A DNA stretch of 64,000 bases. Source: Adineta vaga. Its lineage: Eukaryota > Animalia > Rotifera. The translations under genes and the position numbers were made by a program. Location: the NCBI GenBank assembly GCA_021613535.1, contig CP075494.1, positions 13,392,001-13,456,000 of the forward strand. Direction: 5' to 3'. Every line of letters starts with the position of its first letter. Positions within the stretch are counted from its first letter, which is position 1. Positions 41,646-54,109 of the stretch are shown here, in pieces. A model generated the notes under the pieces. It saw only the letters and a list, made by a program, of their open reading frames with translations, did not search any database and was not told the DNA's origin.

Positions 41646-42588
41646 ACTAATTATAGTTGCTATTGGTTGATACGTATTAAAAATACAAAACTATAATTTA
41701 TTTTCATTCTCATATGATTTGCACATGATTATTTGTAAATATTGAAAGGATTGTATGCATAATTATCAAAGAAAAATGTGAAAAACAAAAATCATCCTTG
41801 CATCACATAGCACCTTTATAAATGTCGCCATTGTATTTTCATGAGTCAAGTCAAATTTGATCCAATCAATCGACAATCACACATCGCTTCAAAACAAATG
41901 TTTCACAGCTAGTCAATACAATTCGTAGAGATAATTATGTTAGGATTTAGAGTGTCATTTTTATATTAATTTGAGATTTTAAATTGTTTGAAGACAGAAT
42001 ATTGACACGAATTAAAGTTTTTGTCTAGCTGTCAGAACATAGTTCATGCCAATGATTCTCGATAATACAAAATAGAAAGTTGTGGTTTATGTTGAATAAA
42101 AAAAAGTCAAGAACACGAGAAACTATACAGATACGGTGTTCCAATTCTTCGTAATATATAACGTGCAAGAATTCATTTGGTATTTGATCAATCTGAATTA
42201 ATTTCATTTCACATATTCATTTTGAAATCGACCATTTACTGTAGATATTAATCTAAATAGTATTAATGTAATGAAACATGACCAAGTCATTGAAGAAATA
42301 ATTTCTCATCTATTCAAGCTAAAGTACTTTTAGCATGTTAATGGTTCTTTGATGATTCTCTATGTAAAATATAACATCCTACATATAGAGAAAGACAACC
42401 TCAAACACTTGGTGACACCCACAAATTCTATATAAAATAAGTTTTTCATGACTTTTTTGTATGAATCCATTGATATTCGCGTACTTTGTTAGTTTGATTT
42501 TATTTTAGTTAGTGAAATAAATGTTATATATTAGAATACGAATCATACTTTATACAAATTATTTGATTTAGTCATAAATAATCGTCGA

Positions 42589-44667
42589 ATGCCAGACGAT
42601 CTCAAGAAAACGGCAAAGACAAATAATCTTGTTTTTGTACTGTTCGTTTTATTTACGATAATTTTTCTACTTTTTGGTAATATCAGGAAATCATTTGTAA
42701 ATTTGCATCAAACTGATTCACACTCAGACACAACATATAATTCCTCTCATTGTCCAATACGAGGAGATAAATGGATTGTTATCACAACTATTCATTATCC
42801 AACACAAGCCATTTACAAATTTCTCAATCTCACTACACCTTGGAATCTTATCATTATTGCTGATCGAAAAACACCAACTCATTGGCTCAAACATCTCAAT
42901 TCTCACAACACTTCTCGTCTTCTCTTTCTTTCTCTTCAACAACAACAACAACATTCTCTTCACTTTCGTATTCTACAATTTCTACCTCAAGGATCTTATG
43001 CAAGAAAAAATCTCGGCTATCTCATTGCTATTCAATGTGGTGCACAAATTATCTTTGAATCAGATGATGATAATCTTCTCGAAAACAATGATATTTATCT
43101 TCTACCAAAACTTCTACAACCAAAACATCTTCCTTGGTTTGCATTTCATCGACAACGATCACTTTTTGTCAATATTTATGCATCATTCGGTCATCCTCAC
43201 ATTTGGCCACGAGGTTTTCCTATTGATCAATTGAGAAATCTTACCGAAGATGGATGGCATTCACTTCGACAGAATCAACAAAACATTACACATGCTTATA
43301 TTCAACAATATCTCGCTGATCTTGATCCTGATGTTGATGCCATTGTAAGTTGTTCACTATGTATTGAGAAAGAACTCTCTTACATTTATTTATTTGTTTG
43401 TTTATAGTATCGTTTGGCTCATCCAATGACTATTGGTCGTGTTCAATTCGATCGTGATCAACCACCCATCGCTCTCGAATCATTTACATTTTCTCCGTAC
43501 AATACACAAAATACTGTCACATACTATGAAGCATTCTGGGGTTTATATCTTCCTGTCACAACGACATTTCGTGTTTGTGATATCTGGCGAGGATATTGGG
43601 TCCAACGTCTTCTGTGGGATATTGGTGGTCATTTAATTTTTGGTCGATCAACTGTTCAGCAAATACGAAATAGTCATTCATATATCGAAGATATGGATGA
43701 TGAATATCAGTTATATCATCAATCTGCTTCATTTGTTCGTTTTCTTGCATCATGGTCATCATCAAATCCTTCGTTAGTTGGAAGAATTCGTGAATTAGCA
43801 AGAGCCATAAGTCAAGGTGGATTTTGGAAATGGAAAGAAGTGGAAATAATAGATGCGTGGCTTGATGATCTTCGTTCTGTTGGTTATAAATTTCCATCAA
43901 TCGTAGCATCATCTCCGTCTGCTGTTGCTGCTCCTCCTCCTCCTCCTCCTTCTTCTTCTTCTCCTCGCCCTGCGCCGAAAGAGAAACGTGCAGCTGTATG
44001 TGTAACTGGTATTGCTGAATGTGTTCACGAAGGTTGGATTCCAACATATAATATTCTTCGTAATCGTTTACAAGGTGAGATAGATACATTTCTATTTCTT
44101 TCATCATCTCATGCATCCAATTCTGTACCGTCCTATGTTCGACTAAAACAAATACGTTCCTATTCAAATGTAACAGCAACTATATTATATGAAGATCGTA
44201 TTATTGATCCACGTATACCACCTAACTGTAAAACATTCTATTATCCATCTATGAATAAATCACATGAAGTATCATACCATCAACAATTATGGGCACTTGC
44301 TGAATGCTACGATTTTGTTAAACAATACGAACAAAAAATGAATATTCGTTATGAACTTTTAATACGTGCACGGCCTGATTCACGATTAGCTAATATCTCA
44401 ACGCAACTATCGATTCCGAATAAGTCTACTGTTCTCATTCCAAATGAACATCATTACGGCGGTTATAATGATCGATTTGCCATTGGATCTATATCTATCA
44501 TGGAAAAATATATGAGAAGATGGCATGTATTAAAGACTTGTCAAGTAAAAAATTTGCATGCTGAAACATTTCTGAAAATCTTATCCAATCAACAAGGCAT
44601 TCATATTCAACCTGATTACAGTTTATCTTATCAAGAAGAGCTACATGGACGTGATCGATGCCATTAA
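42589..44667 (+). CDS. STELLO/DUF288-family glycosyltransferase fused through a Pro/Ser linker to a second GT-like domain; type II membrane anchor
   Basis: Exons 42589-43344 and 43408-44667. KWIVITTI, ADRKTP, YARKNLGYLIAIQCGA..ESDDDN, IWPRGFP, DPDVDAI/YRL, FSPYNTQNT, FRVCDIWRGYWVQRLLW. Second domain AAVCVTG..LLIRARPD..GGYNDRFAIG..HAETFL. Confidence 0.85.
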
Positions 44668-45464
44668 GTAAGGATGTGGATGTTATTGTTTAGTCGACTT
44701 TTTGTCCAAGATTAGAAATGGTGTAGTATTTCAAATAAATGATTTTCAAAACTGTACTCAGAGTGAAGGTAGTATGTAAAGTAGAAGATGCTGAATAAAC
44801 CAACCGTGTCGTTTTGCTTGTATATGTAGACCTTCAATAGAAATGAAAATACATTTTTCTTCTTGTTATTCATCCAGACAGCCATAAAACAAACGTATCA
44901 AGGATGAATTATAGTAACTTGTATTGTTGATGATGCGATGGGGAAGAAAGTAAACTTTCATAATCGAGAACCAAAATCATTCCTTGACGATTTACTAAAT
45001 TCGAAAGTTTCAAAGAGTTTCACAAATATGAATTAATCAAAAAAAAAACCGTACTCTAGCATGAACGAACAAAAAGCAATTACAAAATTGTCTAACGATA
45101 AAGAAACATACGTGCCTAACGTTTTCTCACGAGATTCATTGAAGTATGTCTTCTAAGATGAACATCTTTAGAAAATAAATAAAAAGATACTGTTCTTATC
45201 AAGAGAAGATTCAATGTCATCAATTTTCTGTTTCTTTACTCATTCTCATCTTACTTAATTATTCATGGTATAATTTATCAGATGCATATCAATTGAAAAT
45301 CAAAATAATTATTTATCTCTCTATTGACATACAAATAAACATGTTCTGCGTCCATTTAACAGACTCATATTTCTTGATTTTAGTTACAGTTTTAATAATT
45401 GCTCAAGCGAAACATAGTGAGTCAATTGAATACATTATTTCAAACTAATAATATCTGACGATCA

Positions 45465-46388
45465 ATGAACACACCTCTACTTCTAATAATTACTATCGGT
45501 TCATTATGTTCAATACAATCTCAACCACTTCTATTTGATAGTAATTCTTATTTTTTTTCTCTAAATATCTACATCATTTTCATCTTCTCTCTAGTTCAAG
45601 ATACATTTACTGTTGCATGTCATCATTTTCCTCTAATATCCATCAACAATGATTCCAATTTACAATGTTCACGTATACGTATCAATGAGAATGTACCATC
45701 AAAAGATTTCGATAGTTATAATCTTACACAATTGATTCTTTTTATTATTATCAATTATTCATCTGTTGACATATCACCTGTCAATATTCTTATGAATATA
45801 AATACAACATGGAATTCTTCCTCATCAATCAATAATATAAGTATTGCACTTCTAGTCACTAATTCAAGTTTTATGATCAATAATCTAACAACCCAAATCT
45901 ATTCATCTAAACAAATACCGATTTTTCAATGGAAAAGATCAAATCCAAACTTTTACAACCTAACTGATTTACTTTCTCTAGATGTTAATGAATATAAAAT
46001 TGATACAAGTATATGTAAATGGAATTTCGATCGATGGAATCGTCTATTTAATAATCAATCGTTAAATCAATCTCCCTATGCTTATATTTTTAAAACAACA
46101 AATACAAATTTAACATTTCTATTAACAGATTCGACGAGTATTTCGAATCTTTCTCCATATCTGACGATTCTCTATTGTATTCCGTATAAATTCGGAAGAA
46201 CTGAATTGATTCTAATCATTACATTTGGTGTTCTTTTCATTCTATTTCTTGTAGCATTGAGTGCCTTACATTATCTACAAGGTGTAGACAATTTTTCACT
46301 ATATTTTCTTCGAAAAATGACTGGTAAATCAAGTTTATATTCGACTAATTCACGAACATCAGTATCGTCCATTGAATGTATTGATTAA
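45465..46388 (+). CDS. Orphan type I membrane glycoprotein
   Basis: Signal peptide, many N-x-S/T sequons, TM helix (LILIITFGVLFILFLVALSAL), short tail. Probable in-frame 54-nt intron 45541-45594. Confidence 0.65.
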   Translation: MNTPLLLIITIGSLCSIQSQPLLFDSNSYFFSLNIYIIFIFSLVQDTFTVACHHFPLISINNDSNLQCSRIRINENVPSKDFDSYNLTQLILFIIINYSSVDISPVNILMNINTTWNSSSSINNISIALLVTNSSFMINNLTTQIYSSKQIPIFQWKRSNPNFYNLTDLLSLDVNEYKIDTSICKWNFDRWNRLFNNQSLNQSPYAYIFKTTNTNLTFLLTDSTSISNLSPYLTILYCIPYKFGRTELILIITFGVLFILFLVALSALHYLQGVDNFSLYFLRKMTGKSSLYSTNSRTSVSSIECID

Positions 46389-46549
46389 ACTTTGAAAAAG
46401 AAATCTTTTTTTTAAAGATGTTGTTCTTCTTTTTTTTTATTTTTCATCTCATCATTTGTTCTTAAACACTCAACGAAAAAAAAACGAAGTCAAGACAATC
46501 GAACGAAAAAGAAAAAAAGAAATGATTTTTTTTAAATAATTTGTTCACT

Positions 46550-48949
46550 TTAATCAACTTCTTCCATTCGTGAAGCTTCAGCTGAAACGGCAGCTGAATC
46601 TCCGCTTTCAAGTGGTGGCATATCTGAGGTTGAATCACCAGCAGCTGTTTGATTTTCTTCGGCACTATCATCTTCATCAATACCTAAACCAAGTTTGATC
46701 ATACGGAAAATACGATCAGCATGTTGTTGTGGTAATTCAAGAGCGAAACCACTGGCTAAAAGTGATGTTTCATATAATAATGTCACTAAATCTTTGACTG
46801 ATTTATCATTTTTATCTTGATCAACTTTAGATTTGAGTGTTTTGATAATTGAATGATCAGGATTAATTTCAAGATGTTTCTTAGCAGCCATATAACCCAT
46901 TGTTGATGTATCACGTAAAGCTTGAGCTTTCATGATACGTTCCATAGTAGCTGACCAACCATATTGTGATGTAACTAAACAACAACGAAGAAAATCCAAT
47001 AAGTTTATGTTTTTTTTTCTTATCGCACGAGTTAAACTTACCAATACAACATGGTGATGAAACAAGTCGGTTACTGATGAGAACTTTTTCGACTTTCTTG
47101 TCCAAGATATCTTTCATTACTTTACATAATGTTTCATATTTTTCTTTATCTTCTTCTTGTCTAAACGAGAGAAGGAAAAAGAAACAAGATTAAGAAAATA
47201 TTAAACTCTTTTCTTTATCATTGAACATACTTTTTCTTTTCATTTTCATCTTCAGGTAATTCCAAACCTTCCTTTGTTACGGAAACAAGTTTTTTGCCTT
47301 CGAATTCTTTTAATTGTTGAACACAATATTCATCAATTGGTTCAGTCATATAGATGATTTCGAAGCCACGTTTACGAACACGTTCAACAAAAGCCGATTG
47401 ATCAACAACTTGTCGTGATTCACCAGTAATATAATAGATATCTTTTTGATTCTCTTTCATACGTGAAATATAGTCTTTGAATGATGTTGTTTCATCACCA
47501 GATGTTGATGAATGATAACGTAAATATGAGGCTAATTTTGAACGATTATTTGAATCTTCATGAATACCAAGTTTCAAATTACGAGAAAATTGTTCATAAA
47601 ATTTCTTGAATGATTCTTTATCTTCGGCTATTTCATCGATTAATTCAACACATTTCTTGACTAAATTCTTGCGAATAACTTTGAGAATCTTGTTTTGTTG
47701 TAACATTTCACGAGAGATGTTCAATGGTAAATCTTCTGAATCAACAACACCTTTGATAAAATTCAAATATTCAGGCATTAATTCTTCGCAGTTTTCCATA
47801 ATAAATACACGACGTACATATAATTTGATTGAATTTTTCGTTTTACGATTTTCAAATAAATCAAATGGTGCACGTTTTGGAATGAATAAAAGTGCACGAA
47901 ATTCCAATTGACCTTCAACACTGAAGTGTTTAACAGCTAAATGATCTTCCCAATCATTGGTTAATTGTTTATAAAATTCAGCATATTCTTCTGTTGAAAT
48001 GTCTTCTGGATTACGTGTCCAAATTGGTTTTTGTTTGTTAAGTTCTTCTTCATCAGTATATTTTTCTTTGATTTTCTTTTTCTTTTTTTTATCTGCATCT
48101 TTTTTCTTGTCATCATCATCGTCATCTTCGACTTCTTCAACTTTAGCTTCATCTTTTTTGCTTTCATCTTCATCTTTGGCTGGTTTTTTTTCGTCTTCAG
48201 CTTCATCATCAGAAATTTCTTTGTCACGTTCTTTTTCAACAAGTAATTTAATTGGATAACCAATAAATTGTGAATGTTTCTTGATAACTTCTTTAATACG
48301 TTTTTCTTCAAGATATTCAGTTTGATCTTCTTTAAGAAACATAACGATTTTTGTACCACGACCAAGTGGTTCACCAGTTGGATCACGTCTAATGGTAAAT
48401 GAACCACCAGCACTTGATTCCCAAACATATTGTTCATCATCGTTATGTTTTGATGTAACAGTAACTTTGTCAGCAACTAAGTAACATGAATAGAAACCAA
48501 CACCAAATTGACCGATCATAGAAATATCGGCACCAGCTTGAAGTGCTTCCATAAATGCACGTGTACCTGATCGAGCAATAGTACCCAAGTTGTTAACAAG
48601 ATCAGCCTGGAAGATCAAACAAATAAGTCCCATTCAATCTAATCCTAAGATGAAATCAACTTACTTTTGTCATACCAATACCAGTATCGATAATGGTCAA
48701 AGAATTGTTAGCTTTGTCAGGAATGATTTTAATGAATAAGTCTTTTCCATTATCAAGTTTAGTTGGATCAGTAAGTGATTCATAACGAATCTTATCCAAA
48801 GCATCGGATGCATTTGAAATCAATTCACGTAAGAAAATTTCTTTATTGGAATAAAATGTATTGATAATCAAAGACATTAATTGTGCAATTTCAGCTTGAA
48901 AAGCGAAGGTTTCAAGATCTCCGCTTTCTTGTTCCATCTTATCCGACAT
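46550..48949 (-). CDS. hsp82: Cytosolic Hsp90 (hsp82)
   Basis: Exons 48949-48665, 48606-47231, 47160-47042, 46974-46550. [45 protein letters not shown]-terminal MEEVD. Confidence 0.98.
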
Positions 48950-49055
48950 ATTTCGTATTTAGAAGATATCGACGAGTGAAGAAATGAACGCGTAGAAATA
49001 AGTGAGTGTCTACTGACGAGAAAGAAATGCAAGTTAGACGCACGTATGTACTATG

Positions 49056-49108
49056 CTTATATATCGAAGCTAATCGAAGTAAGTAGAATAATCGAGAAGG
49101 AACGAGAA
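49056..49108 (-). promoter_or_regulatory. hsp82 promoter: TATA box plus a phased heat-shock-element array
   Basis: TATATAAG on the minus strand at 49063-49056. GAA starts at 49066, 49076, 49086, 49096 and 49106 (exact 10-bp register), with ATC at the TTC position 49091. Confidence 0.65.
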
Positions 49109-49524
49109 GCAAAGGAAAGATAAAAAGAGAAAGACTAGTTTGCTTTTTTTCTCTTTTTCTCTTTCTTTATTATTGTCATGCTTTCATGCCTTAACTTCGA
49201 AATTCTCGCGACGATATCGATAATTTAGTCAATAGATAAATGAAAATGAAAAGTTTCTTTCTCATCCCTGGATTACTTTCTTTCATCAGAAAATTACGCA
49301 TTTAAATTTGCCTTTCGAATGTAATATCTTTCTTCAAAAACTATTCGTCCGTATTAGTTATACAAATTACAAGGTGATAACCTTGTGTATGATAAATATT
49401 TTTTCCTTGTATTTTACCAAGTTTTTTGAAGGAAGAAGAAAAACGTTTTATCTCATTGATAATAAATAAGGATAGGCAACTTTTTCTCATTTAAGGTCAA
49501 TTAATTGATTTTGCGCGAAACTAA

Positions 49525-50575
49525 ATGTATATGAAGAACAAAGTCGTCTACATTTTATCCTTTCTTGTTTCTTTTCAATGGAAATCGAATCAATCATATG
49601 AAATGTTACCTGATTCTTTACTAAATCGTAAACAGATATGTCAATTTCATTGTACACGAAATCAAACAATGTCAGATAATTTTCAATCGATTTCTCATTG
49701 TCAAAAAGGTCATTTTAAGATTTGTGAAGGTTATTTAGGTATAGATTTTCATACCAAATTAGTATCATACAGTTTTACAATAGCCGATGGAAATAATTCA
49801 TCTACGATACGAACAGATTTAACAAAAGATTATTTATCATATATTGAAACGGATATTACAGCTATACGTTTTCGACAATTGATAATGAAATTTTCAAAAA
49901 AAAATCCTTATCGATTGAATATTCACTATTGTAAGTGAAATGGTATTTGAAATGAAGTAGATTCTCAAACTGATTATTCATAGATTGTCGAACACAAATC
50001 GATGATGTAAGTTAATTCTATTTTGTCTCAAAATCATCCATTAATTTTAGTTTTATTCTAGTGTGCTTATCAAGGTTAGTTTTTTCTTCATTGAAATATT
50101 CCATAATTCGAAATTTTTCTATTCAGAAATTGAAAATATCTATCCAGTTTATATTGCCAATCAAAATATGTTAAAACATATTCAACCGATATTCTACGAT
50201 GAATCAAGATCATCCAAAACAAAAATTCCATGTTTCAATGATATTTCAAATGAATTGACAAGTTTATGTTCTGGTTATTGTACATTAACATTAGGTTTAC
50301 ATACAATGACTAAAGGTTGTAATGAAAACTTAACAGAAGACTATTTAGGTATTAACATGTCATTAGGATTATCTTATCCGAATAATGAAAAATTTACAGC
50401 ACAAGTTTCTGCTCTTACACTTATATGTAATAAGCCGAAATGTAATAACAATGCTTCAATAACTAAAGTTATTGCTATTGCTAATGCTTTTCTTACAGCT
50501 CAATCGAATGGAATACGCCTGAAAATAATAATCCATCGAATTTTTCTAATCCTTCTTTTTTCGCTATGTAATTGA
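49525..50575 (+). CDS. Orphan cysteine-rich secreted, possibly GPI-anchored protein
   Basis: Exons 49525-49930, 49984-50006, 50062-50074, 50127-50575 join in frame (..NIHY/YCRTQIDD/CAYQ/EIENIYP..). N-terminal hydrophobic stretch, CNKPKCNN (Ly6-like end motif), hydrophobic C-terminus. Confidence 0.65.
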
Positions 50576-50749
50576 GAATGAAATTAAATGATGTCATAAA
50601 TGAAGGATGTAAAATGATTTCTTTCTGTTTTGTTTCTGCATGATTAATCAAAAGTCAAGTATGATGACATTTCATTTATAAATATATTTGTATAATTTAT
50701 AAATCATCTCGATTTATCTGAATGAAGAAAAAAAAGCCATGAAGAAAAT

Positions 50750-51196
50750 CTAAAATTTAGTTTGTTCACGATTACTATCTTCATGGACAGTGATTGCTTT
50801 CGATTCAGAATGATTGCCATTGACAACTTTCGATTTGAATTCTTTGACCAATGCCACACCAGCTTTTTGCATACGCACAAGTTTTTTTGTTGATAAGGTA
50901 GATTTTGTTCGTTCGGACGTTACTTTTATTGGCAGCGCATTTTTCAAATCACATGGAACTAACGTTTGTGAATTATTTGTTCCGGTAGAGTTGGCAGATA
51001 ATCGATGAATAATTGGTTTCTCATATGTTAACGGTGATGTTGTTCGTGACGTTTGAGTAACTACTTGAATAGTGACTAATTTCGATTCACAATGAAGTAG
51101 GATATCACCGAGGATAAGAAGTGGTTGTTGTTGTTTTTGTTGTTGTTGTTGATAATGACGATCACCATCATCATTTATTGAAGCTTTATTTAACAT
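50750..51196 (-). CDS. Uncharacterised 148-aa protein
   Basis: ATG-initiated 447-nt ORF with poly-Q and coding-like composition; no recognisable domain. Confidence 0.5.
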   Translation of the reverse strand: MLNKASINDDGDRHYQQQQQKQQQPLLILGDILLHCESKLVTIQVVTQTSRTTSPLTYEKPIIHRLSANSTGTNNSQTLVPCDLKNALPIKVTSERTKSTLSTKKLVRMQKAGVALVKEFKSKVVNGNHSESKAITVHEDSNREQTKF

Positions 51197-51973
51197 ACTT
51201 TTTTGCTCGTTTCTTTTTCGATTTCAGTGATGAAGAACACTCTTTCAATGTGTTTGATGTGCTCTTTCTTTTACATGACTATCGTACACTTCACCTTTAA
51301 AATCCTGCCTTCGTTTGCATCGTCATTTTTTTTTTCGATCCTTGCGCGTCTGAGTCATTCAGCCATTGCTTACATACATACACGTTCTTCTTACATTATA
51401 ACTTAACAAAGAGAACCTTGGTAATCTTCAACTTCATTCTGTTTTGCACAAAAGAAAAACAATACGGATTTGTGAATTGTTATTTGCGTCCAGAGAAATA
51501 ACTTAAGTTTTGGGTAAATCTTCATGTATTCATTGCAATTGTATAGACTAATCGATGATAGAATTGATCAAAAGACAAAGATTTATATTTAGAAAAAAAA
51601 AAGTCTTTTTCATAGGAGGGATGAAATCTTCTGGCTACACTTGATATTGGTTATAACCTTATTCTAATATACTCTTACGACACAAGAGCAACACGAAAAG
51701 TTGCTTTAAACACAAAAATATAGGGTGATTATAATTTTAACGAATAAGGAAGTCATAATAATCTTCTTCTTGCTGTGCATAAGAATGAAGAGAACATGTC
51801 TTTTGTGTGTGTGAGTGTGTGTTGAAAAAAAGTTGAAGGGAAATCATGATAAATAGGAGTAAACATGTATGAAGAAGAAAAAAAGAAGGTAGGCAAAACA
51901 AGACAAGTGACAAAATTTGTTATTTGTTTGTCTCTAATAGAAATGTTTTTTGACATATTGATCTTCAATGGTA

Positions 51974-52528
51974 TCAAGTCGATTCATTTGGAAACGGACC
52001 TTGAAGGAGAGCACGAACGAAAACATCGTAATTGAACATGCCTTCGGCATCATCTTTTGTATTGGTTGAACGAAGGATTTCTTCTACAACACGTGGTTCA
52101 AGTTTTTCAGCCATAGCCACAAGAACTTGAGTAAGTTCAGCTAAGGACATTAAACCATTACTTTCTTTATCGAATAATTTTAAACCTTCCATGAAATCTT
52201 CATAGGTACCAAAATTTTTGGCTGGCATTTTATAAAATTCTGAAACGATTGGTAAGAATTCTTCGACTTTAATGCTTTTTTCTCCTGTTTTCTTAGTTTG
52301 ACCACGTTTTTCACATTCAGCTTGTGTTGGATAGAGACCAAGCGAGCGAAGCATATCTCCAATATAGAATGCATCAACTTTACCCTAATGTTTCCATGAG
52401 AAAAAAAAACAATCGAAGAATAGATGATTACGTTTTTAAAAGCAAAGAATTTTTACTTCGTATTTTTTATCGAATACATCGAAGACTTGTTTAGCTTCGT
52501 CTACTTTGTCACTGGGCAAATCGGCCAT
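51974..52528 (-). CDS. Myosin essential (alkali) light chain
   Basis: Exons 52528-52457 and 52384-51974: MADLPSDKVDEAKQVFDVFDKKYE/GKVDAFYIGDMLRSLGLYPTQAE..GTYEDFMEGLKLFDKESNG..AELTQVL.. Confidence 0.9.
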
Positions 52529-54109
52529 TGCTACTACTGTATAATTTGGCTTGGTCTGAATGTGTCTGGAAGATGTTAGGATGCAAAAAAGAACGACGCG
52601 AGCAACAACGGTAGTAGTAGTAAGTAATAGTAGCAGCAACAAGAGAAAAGCGAAAGAAAAAAAAATGTAGAAGATATCAATCCGTTAGCTATTCCGATGA
52701 TGTTGATATCTTATAAGGCAAAGAAAGAGGAAGGAAAAAGAAGGAAAAAAAGAGGTTATTTCGGTCTATAAGTTATCCAATCGTGTCTTGTTTCTTCATC
52801 TATGATATTTTTTCTCCGTTTGTGGTAATGGTACGAGTGTTGGTGGTAATCATATTCAACGACGTGGTAAAGATAATCAATAAGAAAAGAAAAAGCAGAA
52901 AGACAAAAAAAGAAAATAGAGAAATTAGATTAAGAGAAACACAATTAGAACAAGATTTCTTTCGAAGCAAAATTCAAGTTGTTGCTCAGATCATTTTCAG
53001 TAATTAATACAACCGAATTTTGATTTATTTATTTATTTTCTTGGACATGATTAAAACTCTAGTTATTCATTATTATTTTCAACAAAGAAAAATAAGAAAA
53101 CCTTGATTATATATTGTCAGTTGCTCTTTCGCGTTCGATAGCCTTGGATACCATTCTACTCATGATGATATTGTCTATTTCTCTCTCTCTCTCTCGCTCG
53201 CTCGTTCTTTCCTAGAGAAAATTATATATCAATGCACAATAGGAAGATGTCTTGCTTCAATTCTAAAGCGAAGAAGGAGGAGTGGGAGAGAATAATTTCT
53301 ACACATTTATACTCGACGAACGCATTTCTGAAGACAAGAAAAGAACATGTACATAGAATAGAATTGATGATAGTTATCCTAAAACGAACATATCTGCTTT
53401 AAAAATAACTATCACCGACGAAAACAACTTGTGTTTTGATTTAATTTCACCAGGATAGATTGACAATTTTTGGAGGATGATGATGATGATGTCATAATCT
53501 TCAATAAATGATAAGCGTAACTTTTGATTATCTAATTGTAATCAATGTGTAATTGTTGATATATATGTCTTTTTTTTCTGTCGGGGGTAGACAGTGTGAA
53601 GAAAGCAGTTTCTAAGAGGTCGAGCATGGGACAAATATAAGAACGAATCATAATGGAAGTGATTGTTTAGTTGAGTAGATATATCAATAATAGGATACAG
53701 AATTCTTCAATTCGGATAATTTGAAAACTATCTTTCATCAATATTGATTCTTTGTACATGCAGATCATATGTATAAAAGAACAAAATGAATTTGTTTTGT
53801 CAATGTAAATGTCACCTAGACGAAGATATATATTTACAGACAACTTTGATCAATTGAAAAAAGAATAACATACATAAGCAGAGATTGGAAGAATACAAAA
53901 TAGAAAAGGAAGTATACGAAGAGAAATGAAAAAAAGAGAAGTTTTTTGCTTAATTATTTGTTAATATTACAAGCACAAATCACTTGAACACTATTTTTAA
54001 ACACAGAATTATTAAGAGAAGAATTTTTAACAGAAAAAAAAAGAAAAAAGAAAACAATTTCTTGCACCACGTTCTCTCACATATTTATTCATCGATCAAA
54101 TGACCTTGA

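Noticed and set aside
47606-48476. Antisense and alternative-frame ORFs within hsp82
   Set aside because: By-products of biased codon usage in the charged linker; no independent gene signals.
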